From the NCBI GenBank assembly GCA_964409365.1, contig CAYPCX010000002.1, positions 32,984 through 96,983 on the forward strand: a DNA stretch of 64,000 nt, given 5' to 3'. Of the stretch, positions 27,001 through 42,000 are shown in pieces. Position 1 is the first letter of the stretch; each line of letters starts with the position of its first letter. The position numbers were made by a program, and so were the translations under genes. Below the pieces are notes generated by a model that saw nothing but the letters and a program-made list of their open reading frames with translations, was not told where the DNA came from and ran no database searches. Origin of the DNA: an uncultured Planctomycetia bacterium. GTDB lineage: Bacteria; Omnitrophota; Gorgyraeia; Tantalellales; Tantalellaceae.

Positions 27001-30000
27001 CTTGTAGAGGCCCACCCGGTAAGCCTGAAGGCGGGTACGGGCGTTATCAAGGTCGTCCAGACCGACAAGGAATACACCGTAACACGCCTTTCCGACGGCA
27101 CCTACGAGCTTGAGGACGGCGATACGGGGACGAAATACACCAGCTACAAGAGCGTGGAAGTGGACGAAAGGATCTTCAGGATAACCGAGAGCGCCGAAGG
27201 CGTTATAACCCTTGAAGAAGAGAAAGAGGCGAGGCCGCCGCTCAACGCGGTGGAGATAATAGGCACGATCGTCGGTATCGCTGCCAGGGACAGCAGCGCT
27301 TCGAGCGCGGCGGACAGTTTCGCCAATTCCCTCATCAACATGTTCACCGACCTCTATGATGCCGATATATATTCCTGCATGGAAGAGGATCTTTACGGTG
27401 TCACGGACGAGGCGAGGGACATGGTCCTCAGGATAAGGTTCGACGGCGAGTACGTGATGGCGGTCTTTGACGGCACATACGGCAAGGCGGAGTTCGAGGA
27501 AAGGGTGAAAACGGAGGTAAGTGCGAAGTTCAACTTCGACAAGGCGCTCCTGGACGATCCCGGCGAGACAGAATACACCGTGGAATGGCTGAACATAACG
27601 GACGTGGAAGCGGACTTTGACGATCTCGCCGAACCGAAGCCGGCTTCTTTCATATGGCCCAACACCGAGGCGGCGTGGCTCGCGGCGAGGGCCGAGAAAT
27701 GGGAAGAAGTGGACGGCATAGATTACTCCGATCTGGGCGACGGAGCGGTATATATACTTGGAAGCGAGCCTGTTACCGGGATCGAAGACGTGTATACGGG
27801 ATTGAGAGTGGTCCGCGGCGATGAGTACGGCCTGTATGAGACGGAATACGTCCACAACCAGAGCGACGGGTATTCCAACGAGTGGATCAAGGAATTCGAC
27901 GCCCTGGTAAGGAGCACGCGGTACACGCTGCCCGATTACAGTGACGCGTTCGGCTACGACGTTTCGGAACGCATTTACGCTTACGTGAACGAACTGGAAA
28001 AAGCGTTCGAACCGGTCTCCAGCGGGGAAGACCGCGACTATATCGATGACGGGGATCTTGCCGCGGCCGAAAGGGTCATTTCTTCCTACAGGCCGGACGG
28101 TTTCCGTATCGCCGGCAAGGATTTCGACCTGGTACAGGACGAGACGGGCCAGTACCAGCTTATCGAGAAGCATACGTTCTCCAGCCATGTCGAGCGCGGC
28201 GAGGACTTCCTGGGCAGCGAGGACGAGAACATCGTGACAAAGCTGGAGTTCGAGGACCAGTATTCCGTGCCGCATGAGATCTATTATTTCACGCCGGCGT
28301 TCGAAGAGGACCAGACCAATATTATCAATGGCATCATCATGACCTACGGTATAAACCCGGGAGACATCACGACCACGCATTATACCCTTACCTATTTAAG
28401 GACCGGCAGCGGCGCCGAACATACCGAGCTGGTCGGGGATATACAGTACCTGGACGGAGGGGAGATCCTTGGCGAGAAGTTCGTCGTGGACGGTAAGAGG
28501 CACGATATCGAGGAAGACGCCAACGGTGTGATAGAAGTGGCATATGACGTTTCCGCGGAAGATATCATAGTCAGGATAGAGTTCACCACCGAGAGCGGCG
28601 ACCAGGAAGTGTTCGGCATATTCGACGGCACCTTCGATAAGGACGCGTATATCGAATACCTTAAGGCCGGGATAGCGGCCGAGTACACGGTGACCGGGGT
28701 CTTCACGACCACGACATACAGCCTCAAGGACCTGAGGGAGGCCTTCATAGCGAACGAGGACGGGGATCTGGTGACAGCCCTGGGATACGATAACTACGGC
28801 CTGGACGGCGAGACCTTCAAGATCGGCCAGGACAGGTACAGGGTGTTCGCTAATTCCTGCAACGCCGATAAAGAGGACATCCTGATCATTCGTGAGAAAT
28901 ACAACGAGACCACCGAAGGATATGATTCATTCGACTACAGCGTATCTACGGCCGCCGACAACATCCTGAAGATATCCGGGACGATGTACACCGCCGTGCA
29001 TACGACCGATCCGTTGCACCCGCAGCCCGGCCACGAGGAATGGGAGACGTATTATTACGAGATCTACGATGAAGAAGGGGTCATGGCGGCCTGGACCGAA
29101 CCCGTCGAGGTCGAAACGGACGTATGGGAGTGGCGTCTCACCATGCACGGCAAGACGTATGACGTCGAAATAGATGAGGCGAGGGACGGTATCATCCTGA
29201 GCGAGCGGACCAAGACGAGCGAGCCGGTCGTGGTGGACCTTTACGAGAGCACTTACGGCGGCGATGATGACGATACGGATGACGTGGAGATAAAGAGTTT
29301 TTGCGGCTTAAAGGCGGAAATGATGATGGTCGGGTTCACGCCGTCGCCGGGAGAGAATCCGGGAGCCTTCTGGTGGTTCGTGGAGGTGGAGCGCAAGTAC
29401 GAGATCACCGAACAGGGCGAGACTGAACCCAGGTACGGCAAGGTAGTAACACAGGATTCCGGAGACCTCGCGGGCCATGGCGTTATCCCGGAATACCTTA
29501 ACACCGTCAAGATCAAGGTCGGCGCGAACAAGTACGTCCCGCATGATATCTTTATCGAGGACCTTGGTGACGGCGAGCCGGGCAGGTTCTACGTGGCTTA
29601 CGATACGGCCTATACAACCGAGATAAACGATCCGGAAGCAGCAACATACATGACCGTTGAATTCACCGAGGATATGACGGTGACCATAGACGGAGCCAGG
29701 TACAAGGGCATCAAGCATTATGATGTGGCAGGGGATCTGGTGAGCGTTTCCCTGAGCAGGATCACCGAAGAGATCACCGTCCATGACGGCCTTCAGGTCG
29801 AAGGCCAGTATCTCTTCCAGGGACATATCGACGGAACTTACAGGGTAGACGTGGGCTCCGGGCAAGAGGTCGTGGACACGAGAGATTTCGGATTGAGCTA
29901 TCACCCCGAGGTTTATGAGACCGACCCCGCCGCCAACACTGTTGTTCTGGACGATGGCAAGGTATACGAGGTAGCGATAGATCCCGCGGATCCCTCCCAG

Positions 30001-33000
30001 GCGAAGCTCATCCATACCAATATCAATAGCTACGCCGCGCCTTCGGTGATACTGGGCGATGTGTTCTATATCATCGAAGGTCCCGACGGGAACGGCCATT
30101 ACACGGTCCGGGAGGCGTTCAAGGAGGCGCCCGAAAAACAAGTCAGTTACACCTACACGACAGATACGGAATGCGTGGAGATAGGCGAGGCCCTCTTCAA
30201 GGTAAGCGAAGAGACGGCGCCCTCGACGGGCAGGGAATGGTTCGTCCTTGAGAAGATGGAAGTTACAACCTTCCTGAAGGACGAGGACCAGATGATCGTG
30301 GGCCTTGAGGGGGACAGGTTCTATACCGTCCAGGCCGTGGGGAGCGTGCACGCCTTCCAGAACCTCTACGGCGAAGAGGGTACCGAACTTTATTATTCCG
30401 CGATGGAAGCTGAAAAAGAGATCGTGTACTTCGCCGCCGGAGAGATGTTCGAAGTGGCCGAGGACAGCCAGACCGGCAGGCTCCAGCTTATTCCGGTATA
30501 TATCGAGCATTCTTTCAAGGGAGAAAAAGCGATAATAAACGACCGGTATTACACCGTTACGAAGGAGACCCAGGGGTCTGCCGAAAGGTACACGTTCGAT
30601 GACGGTGTTACCCAGACCAGTTCCGACTGGGCCGAGCTGGACGTTTCCAATATCTACCGTTCGGTTATGGAGCTGGACGCCGTTACATATGATATGGTCG
30701 TCGAAGCCGACGGGACGATCAACCTCTCCGGCAGGACCACGGAAGCGTCCGGTGCTTACATCATAGAGGTGAACGGCGCGCAGTACGTGGTCAGCGAGGC
30801 ACAAAGTGCCGACGGGTATAAGGCATGCAGGCTTTTTGACGGGACCACCTGGTATACCGCCGACCCGCCGACTAGCACCATCAGGCTGGCCGACGACGTG
30901 CTGTACAGGGTGACCAGGGACCCGGAGACGGAAGAAGTGATTTTAAGCGACGCTTACGTGGAAAGCCATGACGTCCAGGCGGTCGAGATAAACGGGAAGA
31001 TATACCTGGCATACGAATCTTTTGACGACGACAGCCACGCTTACAAGTTCTATGACGGCTACGGCGCCTACGCCAGCGCGCGCGACACGTTCGGTTTCTA
31101 CCGTGACGGCGAGAGCCTCTTCAGTAATTACGCGTTCTACGAAGAAGTGGACAGGGACAACTTCGAGGAATACGAGAAAGAGGACATCTTCGGCGGCCAG
31201 GACAAGTTCAGCCATAACGAGATAAATTACCGCATCGATATCCCGAGCGCGGGCGTGTATGACATAGGGCTTTTTGCCAGGACGTATAACAGCACGCTGG
31301 CGCCTACGCTGAACGGCCTGGACATGGGTTATGAGTTCACGGTCAAGGTCGACGGCGTAGAGAAAGGATCGTTCCTGGTTAGGGCCACTTCCGAAACCCT
31401 TACCATGGGAAGTATGCCCGTCTATCTCGGCGAGGGAGAACACGACCTGAATATGGTCTGGAATATTCCCGAGTGGTACGCTTCCGCGGACGTCAAGGGA
31501 GACCTGACCCTCGAGGTAAAGGACATATTCGTATCGGAAGGGGAACTGGACGTCTATGACCTGGACGGTGACCTGGACGTTGACGATGACGATCTGGCCA
31601 TACTGGTCACCAACATAGGAAGTACCGCGAAGACAAGCGACGACAGGGAAGAGAAGGCGTTCGAACTTAAAGGTAAATATTATTACTATTATTATAGCGC
31701 GCCCGGTGACGAATACATCATCTCCGACGGGGAGGCCTTATACGCGGTATATACGACCGCCGGAGGCAATATGGTAGACCTGGACAGCGGCCAGTTCAAG
31801 GTGACCGTTAACGAAGCGGAAGGGACGCTGGAACTCGAAGAGGGCACTGCATACACCATCTCCCAGGCGGACCAGGTCATAGAGTGTAACGGCGTCCAGT
31901 ACCTTGTGTTCTGGGAGGGCAGCGACGTAAAGCTCAAGTGGGACGGCGGCGACCAGACCTATGGGTCAACATCCGGCCCGCCGTGGATCGAAATAATACT
32001 GGACGGGATCCCCTATACGTTCAAGACCAACCAGACGGACAAAAAGGTCGAGCTTGAAGAGATCATCATAGAGGCCATGCCGGTATACGAGGAATATATG
32101 GTGGAAGTGGCCAACAAGATATACGTGGTCGCCTTTGACGGGAATACCATGAGGTTTATAGATGCCAACGGCACGGTAACGCCGACCGACCTGGACGAGG
32201 TGACCGCGCCTGATGGGACGGTATCCAAGGTGGGAGAAGTGTTCCTGGCGGGCATGTTCTACAGCATAACGGTCACAGGGGACGACCAGATCGCGCTCGC
32301 CGAGCTCGGCGTGCCGGTCAAGTCCGAACCGGCCCAATCGACCCGCAGGATAACCCTGGGAGACGAGTACATGGTCCTCGATAACGGCGACGGCACTTAT
32401 ACCTTCGGCAAGCTTGCCGATACCGAAGTGTTCACATCCTCTTACACCACGGGCATGGTCGAGATCGTCGAGGGCGAACACACCACTACATATTATGTCT
32501 TTGAAAACCCGGCAGACGGGACCATAGCGCTCTTTAGAGATCCTCTCATGCACAGCATCGACCAGGGGCAGGAAGGCACGATAAGCGTCGTGTTCGATTC
32601 CTACGAAGCGTTCTACGATATAGATCAGTGGGACGCGGGCGGCGGCGATATGAGATACCGCTTCACGGATATAACCGACGGCGAAAAGGTATGGGTGGAG
32701 GACGCCGACGGCACCGTAACTATCGAGGGGATAACTTACGGCATAGTCCTCGAGGGAAGCCGGATGATACTCGAGCAGAAACCCATAACCAGCGACCCGT
32801 TCGAATACAGGATAGTCTACGCGATAGGACTGAGGAATTATGACGCCGCCACCACCGACATTATCGCGGACGATTTCAACTATGCCGCGTTTGACGCTTC
32901 GAGATGGGAAACCTTTGTTTCCATACCCGAATGGTCGATGGAAGAGAAATATTATGTTGACGATATAGTTTCCAAGGATGGTGTCGATTATATCTGTACG

Positions 33001-36000
33001 AGCACTCATACTTATCACCCCGATTACGTGCCGGGGACCGGATCGAACTGGATTTCGAGGTGGTCGGTATTTGATGGTTCCATGGACACCTGGGAAGTGA
33101 CGGACCGCATGCTGAAGAAGGAGAACGAGCACGGCAACGACAAGAGGGCCATTTTCACGGAAAGTGAAACGGGCATCGAAGCGAGCGGCAGCCAGGAAAG
33201 CTCCTCGATAAGCGTAAAGGTGAAGATCGACGACGTCGCGGACGCGCAGGCAGATATCTATGCGGGTTACGTGAACGATTCGGATGACGTAAACGACTAT
33301 GGCAGCGCGTTCTATCAGATGAGGGTAGGCAAGGATGATATACTCACGATCTACCGCAAAAATGAGAATGAACTGGAAGAGCTCATCTCCGTTAACGTCC
33401 TCTCCGGGTTCGGCATAGACATAGAACCGGACGAGTGGCACGAATATACCTTCGGCGCGTGGGAGGACGAGCAGGGAGTTATCATAAAAGCCTTTATCGA
33501 CGGCGAGAAGATAATCGAACTTGCCGATCATACCGATAGGGCGATAAGGGGCGGCAAGGCCGGCGTGGGATGCCCGGCCGGCGGCAGCGTGCGGTTCGAC
33601 GAAGTAAGAGTGAACGCCGTCATGCCGGCCGTCGTGGCGTTCTATGAGATAACCGAGACGGAAGAAGGCAAGTATCTTTTGAGCGACGGCATGTATCCGC
33701 CCGTAGAATCGGAATATGACGGCCAGTACACGACGTTCACGACACACAGGACTATAGAGCTTGAAGGCGCCGAGTACAAGATCGTGTATGACGGCGATAA
33801 CGGCACATACGCTCTTTATGACGGGGCCTCCACGGATCCCGTCGCGGAAGACCTCGTCCTCACGGCCAGCGGCGCGTATACCACCGGGATAAACGGGATA
33901 GTTTACAGGGTGATCGGGACCGATGCCGATGATTTCCGGCTCGAAAGCGTGGAAGAGACGGTCGGAGAGAGCGTTACGGGGAAAGTCCTCAGGTTCGGGA
34001 GTGAATACTACAGGGTCACGGAAACGCAGCTCGACCGCGCCCCGGCTGAATTCACGGAAATAGAAGAAGATGCCGTGCTTATACCCGATGCTGACTACAC
34101 AGATACGGGGAACACCACCTGGTACAGCGTCTATACGACCGGCGGCGGCGAATATGAATTCAAGGCGTATAACGGGACCACATATACGGACACGGACGAC
34201 GACAAGGAAATAATTATCGCGGGCGTCACGTATCTGATAGACGACACGACCGATCCCGGCAGGATAATACTGACCGAAAAGTACACGACGGCTTCCGCTG
34301 TGGAAGCGGCAGACCTTGACAATGACGGCGATATAGACGCGGACGATGAAAGCGTGATCCTGACGGCGATAACCGATGGTGTTTATGACTGGATGGCCGA
34401 CCTGGACGAAGACGGCGACGTGGACCTGGCGGATCTCATCGCCTTCCGCGGGTGGAGGTTCGATACGGCTCAGGTAACAAGCGTCAGTTTCGAAGACAAC
34501 GAATACTACATGGCCAAGCTCGGAGAGGACACGTACGTACTCGGCGACTTTACGACCGGCGAGGTCACGGCGAGCAGTCTCGGCGCGGACGGAAAACCTT
34601 TCGTGGAATTCGCCGGCCTCAGGTGGCTGATAGAGGACGACGGTACGGTGGGCGCGCTCGGCACGACAAGTATTGAAGAGGACATACGCCTTTTCAGGGT
34701 CGACAGCGGCGAGAAGGTAATAGGAAGCGCGACCTTGAACGACAACACGTTCGTATACAGGGAGAAAGAATATTATATTACGGGTACCGGCATCGAAGAT
34801 ATAGCCCTTAACGCGGATTACACCTGCATGAGCTTTGGTAACAGTTCGTATGATAATATCGAGTGCGGCGACGCCGAAGGTTTTAATGCGGACGCGTTCA
34901 CGCTTTCAGTCATGGTATATCATACGAGCGGAACCAGCACTTATGATCCCATAGTTTCGAGAGGCAGGTACGATGCCGGTAGTTTTGCCGTTAACGTGAT
35001 AAATGAAACGGATACATTAAGGATATTCAGGAATGGCAACAAAGTAGCGGAAGCCTGGGATCCTGTCCTTGAACTGGCCAGGGATCAGTGGAATCATGTC
35101 GTGATAAAGTACGAGAACGGTAATATCACGGCGTACGTGAACGGAGAGTCTGAAAGAGCCGCGGGATTCGACATATACGAGAATACAAGTCAGGATGTTT
35201 ACCTCGGGAAGTGGATAGCGAGCGTGTACGGTGGTTATTGGTACAACGGTTATCTCGACGAGTTCGCCTTCTTTGACAGGGCGCTATCAGAGACGGAGAT
35301 ACAGGCCCTTGTGGATGCCGGTCCGGAAGGGAACGAAGAGGGTATTGTCGCTTATTACTCGTTCGATGCTGGCGACGCGAAAGACGACTCCGGCAACGGG
35401 AACGACGGAAGCATGGAATATAGCGTTGCCCCGGCGGTCCAGCCCAGGATCAGCGCGGAAACCGCCGCGCCGGTCATTGAATTCGACGGCGATCTTTACG
35501 AAGCGGTCTGGTCGGGATGGGACTGGTCGCTCGCGAATGGTTTTGAGGCGATAGAATTCGGTTTTGAAGACCGCACCGAGATCGCGGGAATAGAGTATTA
35601 TCTTGAGGATGTCGGGCTCGAGAGCATGAGCCTTGCCGGACCGGTCTCCTCGAGCAGGCACCTCAGGGAGTGCGAGGTCGTGTATGAATATACCACTATC
35701 GGCAGTGACGGAATCCTCATAGCCAGGGCGAAAGCTTCCGTCCTTGACGCGGACACGGACGTCGTGATAATCGGCCAGAGTATCGCGGTAAAGACGGCGG
35801 CCGAGAATACCGACATTACCGACCGTTTCGACGACGGCGACCTTAATGGCTGGACGTTCTCGGGCGGCGGCACCTGGGAGGTCAAGGATAACCACATGTT
35901 CCGTTCGGACAGGGCGTATAATGACGGTGACACGCAGGAGACCCCCGAAGTAAGGGCGATATACACATCAAGCGGCACAGAGCCGTCCGCTTCCGGCGAC

Positions 36001-39000
36001 AACACCAACTCATCCATAAGCGCGCGCGTCAACCTTTATGAGTGGTATATAGATACGGCTTCTTACTGGAATACCGGCGACGATTTCAGCGGTGATGCCG
36101 CGGTCGATCTCTACGTGCGTTACCAGGACGCGGACAACTTCTACAGGATGAGGCTGGGCGACCAGGACACGCTGGAGATCGGGAAGTCAACCGGTGGTGA
36201 ATACACGACTCTGGCAATTGTGAACGTCAACACCGGATTCGGCATAAACATCGTCAGGGACAACTGGTACCGCTTTGCTTTCGTCTGCGACGGGGATACA
36301 GGAGAACTGGCGGCATATATAGATGGAGTAGAGGTCCTGAGCTTCACGGATGCGGTGGGCGCCTATACGACCGGCGCGGCAGGAGTGGGCTGTGCCGAGA
36401 ACGTGAGGGCATATTTTGACGACGTGACTTTCGGCACTGCGACAGTAGAAAATATCACTTATTATACCGTGGAAATGGACGGCGGGAACTTTGTCTTCGA
36501 TGGCGGGATATATCCGCCGATAATCGTAGCGCCGGACGGAGTATATACGACCTACAGGACGATAGAACTGGAAGGCGCTGAATATAAGGTGGTCTACAAC
36601 GACGTATCCGGTAAATATGACCTCTATGACGGTGTGTACACTACTGCCGCGGCATCCGGGCTTGAACCGACGGCCGAGGGTACTTATACGACCGGGATCG
36701 GCGGCGTCGTTTACAAGGTATTCGGCACCTGCGCGGACGACATCTATCTGGAGAGCGTGACCGGGGTCGTTACCCAGGATGTAGATGAGAGGGTTATCGA
36801 TCTTGACGGGGAGCGTTTTATGGTCACCGAGACGCTTATACAGAACAGGAGCGCGCTCGATCCGGCAAGATCGGAGGACGACTACGTGATAATAAGGTCC
36901 GGCGACGAAGGGACCACAAAAGGACAGATCTTGTTCAACGATTTCGACGACGCGGCGGATACCCTGGAAGAGTTCGAATTCCACAGTCAATATTACCCGG
37001 ACAGCAGCGAATGGACGATCGAGGAAGGCTCTTTTAAGATACCGTATCAAAGCGGCGTGAAAAAGGCTATCTGCAGGTTCGTCAGTGATGCTTCGGGGGT
37101 CATGATGCCGCAGCTGAAGGATTGCGCCGTAACGGCCGAAGTCGAATCGTGCAACAGCTATAAAGGAATAGATCTCTACTTGCGGTACCGGGATGATGAT
37201 AATTTCTACCGTTTAACTCTTAACGAAGAGACCGATATCGTGAAGATAGAACGCGCCTCGAGCGGCGTGTATTCAACTCTGGCAGAGGTCAATGTTAATA
37301 CAGAGTTCAGCCTGGACCTCCTGGAAGACCAGTGGTATGAGATAAGTTTTGTGGCCTGGGGAAACAGGCTTACGGGGTATATCGACAGCATGGAGGTCAT
37401 AAGTGTCGTTGACGATTCCGCGGCCAGGATAGAAGAGGGTTACGCGGGCGTCGGCGGCCGTTCAAATACCGAGTTGTATTTCGACGATCTCGAAGTGGAA
37501 GAAGTGCTGGATTTCGAACGCGCCTATTACAAGGTCGAGAAGGTGAGTGACCAGTATGTGTTCACCGAGGCGGTCACCGGGGCCGTTTACACGAGCGACA
37601 CCTGCGGCACGTACACGACGTCCGTTGATATAGACGGAGCGACGTACGAGGTCGAATGGACGGCTGAGGATGATGTGATAATGACGGCCGCGTACAGCAC
37701 TCTTGCCGACCTCGATTCGGACGGTGATATAGACGCCGATGATGAAACTGTCATCAATGACGCCCTGGCCACGGGCGTGTACACCGCGGCCGCGGATATC
37801 ACCGGCGACGGCCGTATTGACGATAATGACCTCGCGATATTCCTTTCATACAGGTTCTCTACGACGCAGGTCGCCATGTACTCGGTCACGGGTGATAATG
37901 GCGTGGATGATTATTTCGTGTCCCGGGCGGCCGAAGGCGGATATTTCTTTGAAAAGGTAGAAGGGGATACCGAAGCGTTCCTCGGCGACTCAGCCGGCAA
38001 ACTGATGAAAGACCCGGACGGGGCGTTATATATCGCTGCCAGGTACACTACAAGCGATGATTTCCTCGATATGAGGGTGTTCGATATGGAGGAAGACACG
38101 AGGATATATCATTTTAACGACGGCACGGGAGAGATAGGCGCCGAATCGATAGCGAGGTCCTTTATACATGACGGAAAGGTCTACAGGGTCATCGGTACGG
38201 AGCTGGATGATGTTGCCCTTGTATGCGAGGGCGTCCAAGGCACTGAGGTCACTGCCCCGGCGGTCCTTTACAACGGCGATATCTATGAGAGAGCGGAGTG
38301 GGCCACGGTGACGGATAGTTTCGAAGCCGGGACCGATAGTTGGGATATTACCTGCAACGCGTCGGAGCCCTATACTACTTCCTGCAATGATACGGTCATC
38401 CTGGGCGGATACGAGAAGTTCAACTATGATGATACCGTCACCAAGACCTTCACGGGCGACCTGCTGCAGGATGCGGTTACCATAACGTTCGATTACTACT
38501 TTATCGATTCCTGGAGTGATTATGATGCTTACCTGGAAATAAACGGCGAAAGGGTGTGGGAACAATCGCATGATCACGACTTGCGATCCCGCACCGACGG
38601 TAATACGGAAGGCGGCCTGCTCGAAAAAATAGAGCCTGTCGGCAGCAGCAGCTATGACGACTACGTGGGGCACTTTGAAGTGGTCTATGACAATACCGGA
38701 GGGCCGGATACGCTCGCGCTCACGTTCGGGACAGGCGGAGGTTCAAGCACTTATTGGGGTATCGATAACGTGAAAGTCCAGCCCAGATACGAGCTGGGCC
38801 TTGTCTCCGGCGAGGAGATTATCGGGTTCGACTCCGAGGATAATACGACCATCGGCGGGTATACTTACCACTATTCGACCACTGGACCGGAAGATGTGTT
38901 CGTGGAAGGCCCGGTCTCGGGCAGCACGCACGTGGCATCCAAAGAAAAGGAATACCAGCTTTCAGGCACAGGCATATCGGACCTCGTGCTTACAGAGATC

Positions 39001-42000
39001 ACGGACGAGAAATTCTGCGACATTAACGGGGACTATTCGGTTAACGGCGCGGACGAGGGCATTATTACGGACGCCATCTCTACCGCTACTTATACCTCCG
39101 TAGCCGACCTTGATGGCGACCTTGACGTTGACAATGAGGATTATTTTATATTCAAGGCCCAGCTGGCGTCCGCGAACGCGGTATCCCGCCTTATAGAACT
39201 TGACGGCGTGGAATACTATATTTCCGAGAGGGACGAGGGTACCTATATGCTTACCCCGGCGGACGGCGAGGAAGTTACAGTAATAAGCCGGCATGACAGC
39301 GGGCTTTCGGGTGACCAGACCGTCTTTTCCGGCCTTCGCGGCGTAGATCATATCGTCACGGAAGCTGACGGTCTTGACGACGTTACGGTCGCGGAAGAAA
39401 TGACAGCCGATCTTGACGGCGACGATGACCTGGACGCGCAGGACTGGGCGATCATGGAGAACGCCCTCGGATCGGTCCGTCGTTCGGTAGCCGATGGGAT
39501 CGAAGCCGCCGCGAGCAAAGACTGGAACACGGACGTATACGCCGGCGACGCCCTCGCGATGCACGCTCTGGCCGGTGACAGCGATAACTGGCTGGAATAC
39601 GAGTTCGATATACTGCACGAGGGTGCGTTCGATATCCGCATACAGGTAAAGAACGGTTCGCCTTATAACGACCTCCCCGCCGGGTACCAGTACGCGTTCG
39701 ATCTTTATCTTGACGGCGCCCAGGAGAAAGCGGGTACGATATACGTTGACGGCGACAACGAAAGTTATTGCGAAGGCACCATAAGCATGGCGGACCTGGC
39801 GGAAGGGACGCACACTTTAAGGTTCGTGTGGGCGAACTCGGGAAGCGCTCAAATCCTCGGCCTCAAACACTGGGCCCAGCCGCGGGCAAGTTTCAAGAAG
39901 GTCTCGGTCATCTCCACCAATTATGACCAGCGCGCCGACCTGAACGATGACGGTGTGGTAGATGCCGAGGACCTTGATATCTTCATGAGCTCTTACGGAG
40001 ACACATCCCTCGCCCAGAGGCTTAATATAGGCGGCAGGGGGTATTACGTCCTGGAATCCCGCCTCACCGGAGGGTACGTTTTCTATGAGAGAGACGGCCG
40101 CAGGACCGAAACGGGCGAAAACGGCAAGGTAGTGCTTGACGGTGTCGAATACACGGTGAAGACGGAACAGGGCGTGATATCGCTGGAAGTGAGGGCCGAC
40201 ATCGACGGTGACGGGACGGTGGACGAGGACGACGAGGTCATACTGGAACTCGCGGCGGGTTCGACCGCGCCGTTCGAGCTCCTGGGGACCGAATACAGCG
40301 GTCTGGCTTCCGGCGCCAGGTCCGACCACATGAGCTTCGACGGCGTCGATGATCATATAACCGCGCCAGTGGTGCCCACATCCAGTATAACACTGGCGGC
40401 ATGGGCTAACATTGATCCTGCAGAAACGTTGGGAGAGATTGCCGGCTGGTCGAACATATACGTGAATTACGGTTTCTCATTACGCGTCGACGGAGACGAA
40501 CTCATCGCGAACGCCTCACAGAGCGATACTACTTATTTTCGCGATAACGTAAGGTATGACATCTCGGACCTTAAAGGCGAATGGGCGTATTATGCGATGA
40601 CATGGGAATACCTCGGCGGCGGTACGGCCGGAGACTATCCCATAAGAGTGAGCCTTTACGTGAACGGGGAACTTGTGGCTTTCGCTACGGGTTCCGACAC
40701 CGAGATCATGCCCCGCGGCGACACGGGGAGTTACGCGTTCAGAATAGGCTCTTCCGCATATTATTCGGGGACTTATTACAGGCCGTTCAAGGGTCTGGTC
40801 GACGATGTGTCCCTCTGGGACGAGGCCCTGACGGGAGGAGAGATACGGGAAGTGATGAGTTCCGGTCCCGAAGGCGGCGAGGAGGGCCTTGTCGCTTATT
40901 ATTCGTTCAATGACGGCACCGCCGTGAACAATACCGGTGACTATACGACCGACGGGACGATGGTCAATGACGTTGCGTATGTGACGGAGCCGGATTATCT
41001 ATGGCAAGAGGATACGATGGAAGGCATACTTTATGCCAGTTCAATCCCCGTAAGCGGCAACGTTTACCGGTTGACTTATGAATTCGACGACGTATACGGC
41101 CGCGGCAATTATAACATCGGCCTCGACGTCAGGACGCACGCGGCCGACACGGTGCCGCTCCCGGGTTTTGAGGGGTACAGATTTCTCGTGACGATCGACG
41201 GGGAAGACGCGGGGCTTATCGAAGTACCGCCGGACCGCATGACGTACCGTTCGGGCAGCGTGAACGCGGATCTTGAAGACGGTGACCACACGGTGACGTT
41301 CACCTGGCTTAATCCCGAGGAAGGCCTTGCCATCGATATCGGCAGGGTGTTCGTGGCAGATACCTGTTACGTGGAGGAGGCGGACATAAACTTCGATGGA
41401 GCGGTCAATTCGGAAGATATCCGCCTTTTCGGATCGCACAGGATAAAGGGCGAGCTTACCCAGACCATAGAGCTTGATACGAAGACCTACCGCGCGACGG
41501 TGGATCCGGCAAGCGGCATGGTAGTGCTTACCGACAGCGAGGGCACGAGGTATACGAACGCGGCCTCGAGAGAACCCGGAACGGCCCTCAGCTTTGACGG
41601 TTTCGAGGACCACCTGGAGGCATCCGGAGAAGTGTTGGACGGCCTGGAAGACTTCACCATCGCCGAACGCATAAAACTGGCGCAGGCGGCGAACGAAAGA
41701 AGCTGTATAATAAGCGGCCGTTACGGCGATACGGCCGAAGACGGGGAACTGCGCATAGTTTATGATTCACACGAGAATCGCTGGGAAGCGAACATAGACG
41801 GCGAAGTATATTTGTTCGGCGCCGATGATTCCATCGAGGATTCCGAATGGCACGCGATAGCCGTCACACGCGAGTATTCGACCCTTACCCTGTATATAGA
41901 CGGAGAACTGATAAGTACGGTAGAGGCGAACAGGAATACCATAAGGACCGCCGAGGACGGCTTCATGATCGGCGCGGGACAGTATCCGTCGGGTACCGCG

